Part shown: in pieces, positions 36,640 through 49,869 of the stretch
Layout: each line of letters opens with the position of its first letter
How positions within the stretch are numbered: position 1 is the first letter of the stretch
From: Marsupella aquatica
Taxonomy: Eukaryota; Plantae; Marchantiophyta
DNA: 64,000 bases
NCBI GenBank assembly: GCA_973895155.1
Contig: OZ316898.1
Coordinates: forward strand, 19,293,292-19,357,291
Direction: 5' to 3'
Translations under genes and position numbers: made by a program
The notes under the pieces: generated by a model
The model's input: only the letters and a program-made list of their open reading frames with translations
The model's database searches: none
What the model was told of the DNA's origin: nothing

Positions 36640-39600
36640 ATCTCCTTGCTAGTCGATCATTGAGATATTTTTCTTCAGATCTCTGACAATATCATCTGCA
36701 TAGAAAACAGGAGATATTGGCATAGATGCAAAAATATGAATCTCCAGCCTGGGGAACATGACTGTGCCCATATCCCATAACCCTAGCTCCAAAAGGAAAA
36801 TTTGGCTTTGCATTCTATTCAAAAGCCTAGATTGCAGGAGTCCAGATCACGTACTAGCTTACCATGCACAGTGGATGTTCTGGAGAAGTTGAAATTGTGT
36901 TGGGCATAAGCCAAGACTGCATTGAAAGGAAGAAAAACCTTTGCAGTTGGAATCCAACTTCGAAGCGATGATAAAGTTAACGGCAGATCTATCCTCTAGA
37001 AAGTGATTTTGCAAATGCTATGCTAGCCTGGTTAGAGACCTGGACTAAGCTCGTTTCGCCAATCATGATAAAACCAGCGTCCAGTGTCATTGTCAAGCCA
37101 TGTACGTGGTTGTAGGTCTGATAAATCCAGATCCTCAATGTATGCAATGACATAGGAGAGTTCCGATGGAGGCATATACACTTGCGGTATGTATGTGCTG
37201 TAAAACTGCAATCCAAAACTGTAACTTAAATTGGCCCGAAGCAACCAGGCATCTTGCATTGCTTTTGGCCGTACATAGTTTACATCTGCCCTGGTCATTG
37301 TGCCTCGTGGCGTTGGATTAGAGCCACAGGCGTCCCCAGGAGAATTATCTAGTGAATTGCAAAGATCATCAAACAAGTGATGGACCCGCTCCCAGATGCG
37401 ATCATATGCATCGTCGGGGAACGTGCGCACAGGTGCCACAAATGGAATCAAATAAATTACGGTCGACCAGCCCAGGAAAACAACTCACGTACCTGTGGTC
37501 GACCATTAGCACTTTGGTCACAAGAAGACGGCATGAATCTTCCTCACTCCCTCCTCTTTTTCTACCACGTGAAGTCCCTCACCCTCCCTCACTAGACTGC
37601 CCCGCCCCATATGTTCCTGAAATCCTTGCTGAAATCTGACCATAATATTCTGGATTACCTACCCTAGAATACAGGTTTGAGTTCATGGTCTTAGACCTCA
37701 TGGTCTTAGACCTCGCCAGCTATAGCACTAATTAATATGAACACAGCAGCAATGAACTCAAACCTGTATTTCGTGGTCTGTAGCACAGCAGCACTTATGA
37801 TCGACTGATCGAGCTGCACAAGGAAAGTCTTGCAGATTAAAATGTCTATGTTTACTGTTCACTATATAGCTTGTTTACTAATATATCATTGGGAGCGAGT
37901 AACCATTCACTCAACGCTCTAGACTTAGATTGAGAATACAAATCATTACCCCGAACACCCGACGTGCTTATGCACAGGAAGGGTTACCGTAGGTCGCCAG
38001 ACTCCAGTGCCTGTCCCTACTCACAAGATTACTACTAATGTTAAAATTTTCTAATTTCAGAGAAATTATTCCGTATTGCTTCACCTTACGGAGTAGGTCC
38101 TGAGGGTAGACTTTGATCACATTCATTGCAATGTACACTTCTTCTTCTTTTTTTAACAATGTATACTTAGAAAGGGGGATAAGTCTTCCAAACTTTGTAA
38201 GATCTTCTAGTCACTTAGAAGGAGAGCGAGTTTAGGGTTTATCAACCACTTTGGACAGTTGGCCAGACCCTGCTGGTAATCACACATCAAAATGTGACTC
38301 CATTCATTGATTGAAAGGGAAAAAACTAGGATTATCACGATATGCAGGGCTGCCATACACATGTCATATTTTGATGGCTTGGCCAGAGGATAGAGGATGT
38401 GCCTAGAACCAAGAGGTCCCAGGTTCAGTACTCCCTCCACACTCAAGGGGTGTGGAGGGTTGTGTGTGTGTGGGTGAGGTGTAGTGGTGGAAGTATTAAT
38501 TATCCCCTCAGTCCCTGGTTGGTCATTTGGGGTTCTGGTTTAATCCTTTCTCTTTCTTGGTCTAGGTCCCTGTGGGATCCCTGGGTATTGTCTCCTTGTG
38601 ACTACCTTACATAGAAATGCAAGCTCCAGAGTAGGTAGTCTATCCTCTGTTGGATGAGCCTACTTTCCGTTGGATGGGCCTGCTTTTGGTTTTGAAGGCA
38701 AAAACAAAACAAGAAAAACGGCTGTATATCTCCTTCAAAAAAAAAAAACCTTGTATATCTTACCTCACCACCCCAGGAGTAGTCTAATACGGTCCAGTGT
38801 TGTACCCAAACAGGAGGGAGAGATACTGCAATTGACTCCCAGGGTATGAATACATAGTAGGTGCAAGCATACCAACGAGGGAGAGATACCAACCTCGGGC
38901 ACTAAGCAAAAATACAGAACTTGGCCAAGAGAATGGAAAACAGCCACTTGAGCCACAAAGAGATCATAGAAATCCCCAGTCCGTTGGGTACCATGGCTTG
39001 TTACAGTAAACCATTGGGAAGCATTGAGGTACGCGGAGAATCTGAACGGCGTTCTCCTGATCAGCTCCTCTCTCGTCATATAGAAGAAACTGGCGCGAAT
39101 CCAGTGCGACGAATTCGGCATGGTACCCAAGTCGTAGCAATGTTTACTTCGTGGCTCTGGAAACCATCGAAAGTTTTGCAAGGCATGCAGCCCACCCCCG
39201 GCTGACGAGTTCAGCATAGTCCAATTCACGAAAGACTGTTCAAAGCTGGGTTCCTGTCTTAATTTAAGTTTCATTGTCAGTGACCCATGCCAATCCCAAA
39301 CTATCGTTGTAACTGGCCTGAGTACCGCCACAGTCGATACTCAGAAATCCTGCACAAACGAAATCTGCTGAGGTAGCACTCATCTCAAAGCGTGATTATG
39401 TTCACAACCAGCACTCGAATCTGTATCACGCACCAAAACGACATCACTCCTCAAAAAGCTCGGGTTAGAGCAATAACGTAGGTTTCGTTCATCTGTTTTG
39501 TTCGGCACCGAGGGCGAGATCGTGGAAGAAAACGAATACCTGATATGGACCAGCAACTCCTGAAGTTCGGCTGATCGAGGGATACAGGATAAGTAACAGC

Positions 39601-39681
39601 TACAGAGGCCCTGAGAGTATGGAGAAGCAGAGATAGAAGCAGAAGATAAAACGACAGATCGAACCATTTTACAGTCTCCAT
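36640..39681 (-). pseudogene. Malectin-like domain receptor (LRR-RLK/RLP type) pseudogene
   Basis: Signal-peptide exon 39681-39540. Exon from 39349 begins GFLSIDCGG, followed by in-frame stops and a frameshift, then FRWFPEPRSKHCY..IRASFFY. A later exon has RTFPDDAYDRIW. No kinase domain seen. Confidence 0.8.
37668..37770. repeat. Small MITE-like inverted repeat in an intron
   Basis: Perfect 19-bp IR AATACAGGTTTGAGTTCAT (37668-37686 / 37752-37770). Confidence 0.6.
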
Positions 39682-40254
39682 TACTCTGCTCAGAAATAGC
39701 TTTCAATGAGAAACTACGCACTAAGAGATGTTGGCACTGGGAATGATGTGCTTAGTTTGAAGTGGCGGCATCATTTCATCGGGCATTTGATGGAGCGGCA
39801 GCCTTCTAATGAGACCGATAAATTGATCTGCCTGGTTAAACAATTCTCAGTGGCTGCGACTTGTCTCAATCCGCTGAGATTGTTACCTACTTGAAGCATT
39901 TAATTTCATGCGATGACATACCTCTTGGAAATTTATATCTTGTTGTAGAAATCAGTTTTACATTTTAAGTATACAGTAAGGTTTACTGTATCCAGTTCTC
40001 AACAGATTTCAAACCAAACGAACATAGGTATCACACAACATTTTGTATCGCCATCCATTCTATGCTGGTCCCAACATAATTGATTCTAGTCACCCAGTGG
40101 TCTTCTACACTGATGTCAGGAATTTTGCAGTCGTCCATACATTAGATCTCCATTATCATGATTGGAATTTCGTCACATGTATATGGACAATAGTACCTGG
40201 GTGACATTTCCTCTCATTCAATCATCTGGAGCAAAATTATAATGTCTCTTCCGA

Positions 40255-40322
40255 AAAGAAAAGAAAAGAAAAGAAAAGAAAAGAAAAGAAAAGAAAAGAA
40301 AAGAAAAGAAAAGAAAAGAAAG
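40255..40322. repeat. (AAAAG)n microsatellite
   Basis: About 13 perfect pentamer units. Confidence 0.95.
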
Positions 40323-40900
40323 TTCGCTAAACTAACTCCAGGATTTCAATAGATTCGCAGTATCCACTTGTGTTCTTCTGCACTGATGTCGGGAATTTTG
40401 AAGTCGTCCAGGCAATCATAAATTAGGCCTCCATATCATATGCACAACAGTATCCTGTGTAACATTTCCTCTCAATTATCGGGAGCAAACTTTGACAACG
40501 CAGTTCAAATGTCTCAAAAGGGAAGAAAGCTGGCTAATATAGCTGCAGGATATGCATAGATTCACATCCAACAGCGAATACTTTCCTGAGGAAAAAAAAG
40601 GTGAAGTGAACATCCAATGACTATGACCAGCTGATATAAGATAACGAAACGTTGAACAAGGTTACAATTGATGCAGTGGTCACGATAATGCACCTTGGAG
40701 AATTGCACAAGACTCTGGTTAACGAAATTGACATATTATGTACAATAAAGGGGTGAACACAACATGCTGTCCCATCCCCGTGAATGAATCTGCCGAGAGC
40801 TTCCAATGTGTGTAGAACTGACACTACTAGCTAGGAGCCATGCTCGTAAAACTAATTGAAGTCTGTACAAAAAAATCCGTGATCGATGCAGAGAAACTCC

Positions 40901-41317
40901 TTACGCACTCGTGAATTTCGTGACTGCTTTGGTTCCTTCAGACACCGCATGCTTCGCGAGTTCGCCTGGCAAAGTCAATTTCACAGCGCTCTGGATCTCA
41001 CGCGAGGCAAGAGTAGGCTTCTTGTTGTACCGAGCCAACCGCGCAGCCTCCGATGCAAGCTTCTCGAAGATGTCGACAATGAACGAGTTCATAATTCCCA
41101 TCGCCTTCGACGAAACTCCGAACTCGGGGTGAACCTGCTTCAACACCTTGTAGATGTAAATCTTGTACGACTCCTGGCTCTTCTTCGTCCTCTTCTTCTT
41201 CATTCCAGCCGCAGCGGCTCCGCCTTCCTTGAGAGCGGCTGGCCTCTTATCGGCCTTCGGCCTGCCTCTGCCCTTCTTCGCTCCCTCGCCCTTCTTGGCG
41301 ACCTTCTCGGCAGCCAT
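40901..41317 (-). CDS. H2B: Histone H2B, 138 aa, with an AT-hook-like motif in the N-tail
   Basis: Histone fold [53 protein letters not shown]; ATG at 41317. Confidence 0.95.
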   Translation of the reverse strand: MAAEKVAKKGEGAKKGRGRPKADKRPAALKEGGAAAAGMKKKRTKKSQESYKIYIYKVLKQVHPEFGVSSKAMGIMNSFIVDIFEKLASEAARLARYNKKPTLASREIQSAVKLTLPGELAKHAVSEGTKAVTKFTSA

Positions 41318-42171
41318 TTCTTCGCAACGAATCACTGACGCACCTCCAAATCTGAAATGTCCAAAGTAGCGAACGAAGCAAGCGTTCAACGAAATCGACA
41401 CGGATGGGTGCAGAAATTAGAGCTGCAAGAACACAGCGAACGAAATTAGAGCTCGAGAACGATGTTCAGAACAACGGGCAGAATCTGTTGTAGAAGGTCT
41501 CTCATTCATCGATCTCTCCAGCTAAACTTTCCACGAATGAGTCGTCAAATCAAGCAGAGCAAACTCAACCCGCAAGGTCTCTGTTCACAGTGAGGAAAAG
41601 AACTTCTTACCCTTCGCTGCGCTCCAGAACTGTAGACCGATATGAACCCAAATCAGCGGGAGGGCGAATGGGTCTTGAAAGGCGATTCTCCTCAGCGGAC
41701 AAATGTAGCTGCAGGAACGAGTGAAGAAAGTAAAACTAAAGCTTGAGAACCACAATTACGAAGACGCACGCACTCTTTCAATCGATCTCTCATCAATCTC
41801 GCAAGCTAAGCTTTTCACGAAGCAGTCTACAAACCAAGCTGAGCAAAATTCAACACCCACAAATTCTGTTCTCGAGATGAAAAGAATTTTCGTACCCTTT
41901 GGTGAGCTCCCAGAGGTCTCGATCGACACAGGTTTGAATAGAATTGAGCGGGAGGGTGACTGCCGGTCTTATAAAGGTTTAAAAGGAGACGGAAGGAAAC
42001 ACAAATCGACGAGTAACCCGAGGTTTAGAGAGGGGTGCGGATCGACTCCGAAATTGCATCTCAGTCGTCCGTGGGACAGAGATAAGATGGGAATTCAAAT
42101 ATCAGCCGTCGATCCTGCGTCCATCTTTCGTTCATGGACCTGCTTTACAAATTTGAATTGATATATATCAG

Positions 42172-42412
42172 AGTGCCAAAAAACAAAGGGGGCCCAACCT
42201 GGATACATGATCCCAGACTCCCAAAAAACAAAGGGTGCCCAACATGATCCCAGACTCCCAAAAAACAAAGGATGCCCAACCTGATCCCAGACTGCCAAAA
42301 AACAAAGGGTGCCCAACCTGATCCCAGACTGCCAAAAAACAAAGGGTGCCCAACCTGGATACATGATCCCAGACTGCCAAAAAACAAAGGGAGCCCAACA
42401 TGGAGATATGAT
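42172..42412. repeat. Minisatellite, 38-45 bp unit, ~6 copies
   Basis: GATCCCAGACT(G/C)CCAAAAAACAAAGGGTGCCCAAC repeated head to tail. Confidence 0.9.
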
Positions 42413-44728
42413 CCCTCATCCAAAAAAGGCCCATTCAAGGGGGAACAACCAAGGGGCCAAGAAGGAGATATGATCTTTCATGCAAAAAAGGCCCAATCAA
42501 GGGGGAACAACCAAGGGGCCAAGAAACAAGGAACAACTGTAGACCTAAGAACCAGCTAGGGCCCCAAGGCCTTCTTATCATCGACTGAAGAGCCCTGGTA
42601 GAGTTCGGTGTGAACTGCATAGGAGGGTCAAGCAAAAAAATCTTACTAGAGGCCCTAAGACTAACAGCCTCACCCCTACAAAGAATAGTGAACGCCTGAG
42701 CCTGCTAAAGCACAACAGACACCCTTTATCTAAAAAATGATGGAACAAAAACCACCGGACTTTTTTTTGTTTATCTTGAACTTTGAACGGAATACTTTAC
42801 TTATATGTCAAGTAAAACCCAATTAAACAAGGAGTAAACAGGCCACCCAAATAGGTCACAAATGCCACTCAAAGACCAAACACACATTTGACATTCATGG
42901 ACCTTTTACATCCGTGTCTATAATCACACATCAAATTGTGATAATATAAGTTATGTTCTTATTGATTTAAAGAAAATAACAAGATTTATCATGGTATTGA
43001 ATGATATAGTACACACCCTATATGTCATATTTTGATGTGCAGTTATGAGGACCACTTTACATCTAGCTCACATTTGGAGGTCTCTGATATTGGGGGGAGA
43101 AGGGAGCTTCTGATTTGATTTTATTTTATTTTATTTTATTTTAGGGTGGAGGGGGTGGGGGTTAGTTTTATTTCTCTTCTTTTCAATGATGTTGGACGGA
43201 AGGGGTTTAGTTTTAATTTTTAGGTTGGGAGTGACGTGCGGGGCCAAGGAGAATCCTTGTGCACCCCTCTTCCACATTGCCTTCTACTGTGGAGGTGGGG
43301 GATATTTTTTGCATTTTTTATTCCCTTCGTAGGAGCCAGGGTCTACAGTACTTAATGTTCCTGGGTGATCCCCAGACTGCTTCTTTTTGGCCTCCATACC
43401 AAGTGTACATGTCTCTGTCTCTCATTTAATATTTTCTTGGAATCTTGACACACTCTTTTGTTTGCATGGAGTTTTCTTTTTCCTAAAATAGGATTTTTTG
43501 TCTTTCCCCTTGACTTGTTTTTCTATGCACCTGAAACTTTGTTACCCACAATCCTGCTCTAATTCTAGCTGGGGCCTCAACCTTGACCTCAACTGTCCCT
43601 ACTGAATTACGCCTTATGTTGCTTACTTCCAACTCCCCTGGTTTCAACTTGCACTCATGTACCATTTGGCAGTCCCCACTTTCACCTTGCTCATCTGCAC
43701 AATAGACAACCCTGATGCTGTGCAACAACAGCATTTTTGCAAGGACATACTTTTCTAAATAACCTACTTTATGTGCCACTAAGATTTCTGCAACCATAAC
43801 CTGGCTGCAATCATAATTGTGCAACAACATGGCATTTTGCTAGCATATAATAACATGTTAACACAAATAGAGTACAAGTGGACTAATGCCAAAATATCTC
43901 TAAATTTAATGGGGACATTGATGGGATTTCTTTTTACACATTTTATTTTTTATGTTTTCAGGGGAGTTCTGTGAAACCCCACCTAAAGGGAACAGTCAGT
44001 CACCATTCAAACCCAATACCTATGAGTCCACTATTCAAGTGAGCTACCACACAGCTATGCCTCTCCAAACATGGGATGGTTTGACACTACCTAGTGAAGA
44101 ATGATTTTCAAGTGAGCTACCACACACCCATGCCAAGCATGAGATGATTTGACACTACCTAGCAGCAAAATACTTGATGGGGCCCCTCTAATGAAAGATA
44201 CTCCTGACTAGCCCCTAACTCTCCAAATATACTTAATGGGGCCCCTTGTCCCGGTAACCCTTTCTCAGGACCTGTCATATTAGTTTTTCATTTTTTAATT
44301 GTAACATTATCTCACAATTATCTACGTCAGTCCATCAAATATACTCTTTAGAATCAATTTTCAATGTACTCTTGTTTAAGATAAGTATACACTGTATGTA
44401 CAACATATTTAGCCCCTGTCCCTCTCATATTCACTTTAAATATTACTCCTGCACAGAAAGTATGGAGTATTTATTCTCTTTAGTTATTCCCTAACAATTA
44501 CTAAATTAGTTCGTGGACCCCTACCTGTTTTTATTCTTTTGAGATTGAAAATTGGATAGTTATTGATACAGATAAAAAATATGTTAAAAAGTAGATAGTT
44601 ATTTTTGATATAGATAAATATGTTTCCGGCAATGACTATTTTTATTGGGACTCGTCATAATTTGTTTTTGCATGATACACCACATTGTTCTGAAAAATGA
44701 AACTTGTACTACATCACGGAAACAACTG

Positions 44729-45598
44729 TCACATCGCGTTGAATTTCCGCTTGGATGTGGTGGGTTGTTCCGTTGTTGTTTGGGCAGGGACGTCAGATAG
44801 CAGCCCCTGGTCGCTGCTCCTTCTCAGCCTGTCGATCAGGGACTGGGATTGCTGATGTGTCAGCCCTACCAACATATCAAGTGGCATCTTGAAATCATGC
44901 CTCAGTCTAGTCAGTTGCTCTAGACGAGCTCCCTTTGTGACCTGGATGTACTCACGCATCCCGTCCTTGTAAGTGAGCTGGTCTTCCTCGAACGGAACTG
45001 CCATGTACCTAAGAATCTCCTTCATGACACCTGCATTTGTTTTCAACACGGAGTTAGTGCTTAATGTGTGCATGAGATGGTTGAATTCATTTTTTATTGG
45101 GGGTTTTCTCTTTGTGCTTACCGGTCGCCGGTTTATCTCCGTAATGATCGTAGAAGTCGGCCTTGAACACTTTCCTCTCCTCGATCATCTTCGACAGATC
45201 TCTCCTCTTGATCCCGTTCACCATCTCAGTTGTCTCGATTCCGAGACCGTTGCCGAAAGCAATTTGTTTAGCCGTTACCTCCTCGTCAGTCCGGAAGTCA
45301 TCCGACGGCAGCTCTCTCATGATCATCCTTGCCATCTCCACGGCTGTCATGGGCTGCACAGGAAAGACGTGAACAATGTGTTAGAACAATAGTGCCCGTC
45401 AATGTTAATGAATCTTGCAACTTTTGTATCATCATTTCATTATATATCGCTTGCATCAACAATGTGAAGTATGAAGTGGACACCGTTTACCTGAACTGTT
45501 GTAGGAGTAGCGCTCGTCGGATTGCTATTTGCGCCTGCCATCGTTTCTCGTTGTTGTTGTGATGCCTTCGCTGCCTTGTTGCCTTTGGTGGTCGACAT
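44729..45598 (-). pseudogene. Second gene downstream of the Rep-helicase (unknown ~240-aa protein); exon 45598-45491, intron, exon from 45353; 1-nt frameshift at ~45090
   Basis: CAG|GTAAAC donor and TGTGCAG| acceptor in phase 0. Removing one A from the run at 45090-45095 joins the 45359-45087 and 45073-44729 ORFs (PNKNEFNHLMH). Confidence 0.6.
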
Positions 45599-48500
45599 CT
45601 GCTTGTTGAACACGACGAATTGGTAAGTGGAACACTTTGAAGTCCGGCGGCATAAGATCTCCAACAATGCGCATGGATGCTCTATTTGTGACCCTACTCA
45701 ACATAACGTACACCAGTCCCGGTGTGAATGCACTATTTATTTCTAGCACGACCTTGCCCGCTAGTGTGCAACCTTGGCTCTTGTGACCTGTTATGGCGTA
45801 TCCGAGCATGAGAGGGAAAGTGGATTTCCGATGGGTTTGCTGTCCCGAGATGAACTTGTTCTCGTGAACCGTGCGGTTGATCTTTACGAGGCAGTGGTTG
45901 GAAGACATTCTCACAAAAATCGACATTTTGCCTTCGGCTTCTGTAGTGATTTTCTCCACGATTCCTCCGTTGCCGTTCGCGGCTTGCTTAGAGAGGTCGA
46001 TGTTGTGTGTGAGAATCACCTTGCATCCGATTGCAACGTTCGTCAGTGTGTGGAAGGAGGGATCTTGTATCCAAGGCCAGGTGGATTCGTCTGAAGGGGC
46101 ATTGGTGAGTATTGGGACGGGCACGATCTCTTGGCGTGGAAAAAATCTCCGTAATGCCCGTTCGTTGTAGTTGTCGACTGTTTCCCTATGTGTGCATATC
46201 ACGGTCGTCGAGGCGTCGAAGAAATCATGGGCTTCTTTTTTGGACACATAACATCGTCCCAGGCACTCATCGATCGATTCTTGGGTAGGGAGGCCTGTGC
46301 GGATGTTGTTAAGGAACTCCATGAACTCCCGGTTTGTGCTCTGTTTGAGCACAGTGCTGAGGTGAAATTTCTGCATGGTCTCAAAATATGGCTACGATGA
46401 GAGGTGGCATTACCTGCATATGTCGTTGGAGTGGTGGGTGCAAATTGGAGGCAATTGGCACATGTCTCCGACCAGGATGACCATCTTATTTTGGAACGGG
46501 TCGGACGAGCGGTCTTCGTCTTGGAGTGTCTCGTGTAGTCTTGTGGAGACGCAACGCAACAGTTTGGGTGTCAGCATGCTCACCTCGTCTATGACGAACA
46601 CGTCATTGTTCCTCAAGGTGTGGTATTGGGAACTGGTGATGTGCAGAGGCCTGAGCTCTCCGTGTATTGGAATGCTGAACAAGGAATGCATTGTCACCGC
46701 GTCGGCGTTAAGGTTTATGGCAGCCGCGCCCGTGGTGGCACACATCTTCACCTTCCTCCCTTTATATGTCCAGTATTTGTTCATGAAAGAGATGAAGAAA
46801 GTCTTGCCGGATCCCGGATTTCCATCGATCATGAACAGACCACTCTTGACATCCTTGAGTGCCTCAAACACTCTGATTTGGTCCAGAGTCAAGTTGACGG
46901 TAGGGAGAGTTTTGTCATTGAGCACCGCACCGATCGGTTTCTCTACGGTGACGGTGGGGGCCGCTTGGAATGTGGCCGCGTCGTTGAAAATTTGGTGGGG
47001 AAGCTTTTCGTTCAGCTCCTGGAGCAGGTGGGATGTGTGGTGGGTGGAGTAGAGGTGCGATGCGCAATATTCAAGCACCAACTTGTGCACGTCGTCGACG
47101 CTGGTTATCAACTTGCGGTGTATGCACTCGTGCAAGTAGCTCCACGTCTCGCTTATGGGCCTGAGGAGAATCTCGCCTTCTGCATGGAATCTCACGACCT
47201 TCAGGAGGTAGTTGTAGAAGAAGCCATTCATCTTGTATACTGGATGATACTCCAAAAATCGCACGAGCCGATCCGTCCGATACACAAAATTGCCTTGCAA
47301 ATCCCTGCCGACGTAGTCTTTGGTGGTGCTTTTCTTATTGGTGAGGACCTCGTGGTTGATGAAGTAGTCGTAGAAGGACATTGCAAACATGTCCTCGGGC
47401 CTCTGTGCGTAGAGTCTGGTGGGATGTAAACATATCCCCGAGGACTTACGGTAGATGGCGGACCTCAGTTCCGGAGGCGACGAGTCCATGAACGCCACAG
47501 TCTCCGAGCGATGGATGATGCTGATTTTGAGGCACGTCAAGGCCGCCTACATGGCGCACACGCTCCGAGACAGGACGGCTCCGCTGACGAGCTTGAGTTG
47601 GACTTCAGACAGGTCCTCGAGTCCTAGAATGCGCGCATCGTTCGCATTGAGCTGGAGTGATCCCAGGGGCTCGCATTTGATCGCGTATTTGAGCAAATAG
47701 AATGACCAAGCTGCGTTTGTGACGCGCTGCAGGTTCATGTGCGCGCCCCACAACAGCAACACGAGTGGGTGGTATGGCACGACGTTTCGGTGGTGGTCAC
47801 TTGGCCTGTGGTACCTCCATTTCCCCGTGGCGAGGTCGATGGCTACATCTTTGTCGAGGTGAGTTTCTTGGGGGAAACCCAACTTGTAGTACTTGAGGCC
47901 GGTTTGGGAATGCCTTTGCAAGCACAAGCCCTCCTTGCAGTAGTGAAGTTGTTTCGTCATGACGTTGCGATACAGGGTCTTTTCTTCAAGTCCATTCGGC
48001 TCTTCGAATCTGCCGGATGTCAAGTCGAATCTGCCAGGGATGAATGCGGCAATTTCGTTTGTGACTCGATCGACGTCGCAATCCTTGACCCATAGCACCG
48101 TGTGGGCATGGAGTGATCCGCGGCCCTGCAACTCATACCTGATGACGTAGTGGATCACATTTCCAATTATGGCGCGTTTCGACAAAATGTAATCCTTGAA
48201 AAAACGTTGGATTCATTCGTGGAAGAGCACTGCGCATTCGGCAGGACAATCTTTCCATGAGAAGGTCGGATTCATCCTCTTCACAATATTCTCGAGGTCG
48301 GCGATCTCAGGCCAACGGATGTCGCTGATCTCGTCACAAGTGAGCGTGAGGAAGAAGTGGGGCAGTCCCCATTTTCTCACCATGCACTTGAGGTCGTCGA
48401 GGTGTCTTCCGTGCCATGTCGGGCTCCCAGGAACGGCCTGCGTGATTGTCTTTTTTATCAGCATTTTGTATATTTCCTTCTCGCTAAAGTGGGGGCACCT

Positions 48501-49649
48501 CTCCTTGATCTGCATGTATTCCTTGTCGATTACTATCGTCCTGCTCATGCTTGCTACTTGGCTGGCCTGTCGCAATTGGTACATGATAAGCATGTACGGC
48601 TTGTACAAAGTGAATATGCTGAACAACTGTTGTGTCCTTCGTTTCATGTAGTCGATCAAGCTGAGTTGTCCTCGATGGAAACCCCTCGAGTGGACGAACA
48701 AGAACGGGAACATTGCATTTTCCAATGTCAATTGTGGATCGTTTGACAGTCCTTCTGCATTGGTGTTGACGCTCTCTTCGGAGCACATTCTCTTGCGGTC
48801 GTACACGGTGCCGAAACGAAAGACCTGGTACTTGCGCTTGTGTGAAGTCAGGATCCGGTAATGCACATCTTGGAGGATGTGCAGGTCGGGGTCGAATGGG
48901 TCAAAGTTCATGGATCTCGTGGTTATTCCCTTTGCCCTCTTGTCTTTGATGATGTTCTCTACTCCGTCGGAACTTAGGATGCACAGTCCCAGTGACGGGT
49001 CTGGTAGTTTGACCAATGAAACGTATCTTTTGAAAAGTTGGTTGGTCGTCAAATTGAGTTCCATGACTTTGTATATCTGTCGCATGATCTCCTCTCGATT
49101 ATTGCACTCTAGCGTGTCGAGATTCCAGGATATGAGCGGGTTGTCAAGGAGGCTTTCCTTTTTGTAGAAGCCAGAGTGGAAGCCATTGTACTTTTGTATG
49201 ATGCCTAGTCGACAGTCGATTAGCGAGAGCAATTGCATGTACAACGGCTTCGCGGCTAGGATGTCGATCGCATATTGCAGAGATATGAAGGAGTTTATCT
49301 GGATACGGGCAGGGTTTCACACGCAAGTCATGCACACGTTGATTGTTCCATCTTGGTTCTCAATGTACTGGTTGACAAATGCGTTGCATATGCCGTATGG
49401 CGTCATGTTCACCTTTGGTACGGTGGTGAATGTCTTGTCGATCCTCGGAGTGTTTCCGTATCGAACTAGTCCGCACATCCCGCACACCTTCATGCCTTGG
49501 ATTGTCTTTTGGCAGACTTCTCTCCATTCTTGGAGATACAATGGGGCTGAGGCCCATCCTTGACATAACGGACTTAGTGACTCGGCACAGGTGTTTATTG
49601 CACGCCTTCGTGTGACATGTCTCTTCTCGGACATTGTACGCCGTGACAT
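45525..49649 (-). pseudogene. Helitron2/Helentron-type HUH Rep + Pif1 helicase (~1370 codons, single frame with 5 premature stops)
   Basis: Rep motifs FFLTLT, YELQGRGSLHAH and YLLKYAIK; helicase motifs GNPGSGKT, IDEVSM, GDMCQLPP, YAITGHKSQG and YVMLSRV. In-frame stops at 49317, 48213, 47547, 46410 and 46392. Confidence 0.9.
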
Positions 49650-49869
49650 TTTTGGGGAGACCTATGCAAAGGATTATGGACTCGTCAGTTTTCTTAGCTA
49701 GGGTCCATCCAAAATTCGCTCAATGAAATTTCAGAAACGAGTCTTGCTTATCACGATCTTGTAGTTACCAAGAAGAGTTGGTTGCTTGGCTCCAACCCAA
49801 GTTAGCAAAGCGCCAAACACTACCCGAAAGTCATGCCATAAACACTACTCAAAGGTCATGCCATAAACA

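Noticed and set aside
38374-38750. tRNA gene or tRNA-derived SINE in the malectin intron
   Set aside because: Only loose A/B-box resemblance and an A-run; no cloverleaf or TSD could be established.
42172-42412. Possible CRISPR array
   Set aside because: Units are head-to-tail with no unique spacers, the context is eukaryotic and there are no cas genes: a minisatellite.
46375-48746. Long plus-strand ORFs (225, 269, 151 aa etc.)
   Set aside because: Antisense shadows of the GC-rich RepHel frame with no motifs of their own.
45525-49649. Stop-codon readthrough or alternative genetic code in the RepHel
   Set aside because: The five stops are a mix of TGA, TAG and TAA. Two TGAs fall where Arg (CGA) is plausible, consistent with CpG deamination and ordinary decay.
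45525-49649. Replitron (helicase-less HUH transposon)
   Set aside because: A full Pif1 helicase is in the same frame as the Rep, which is Helitron architecture.
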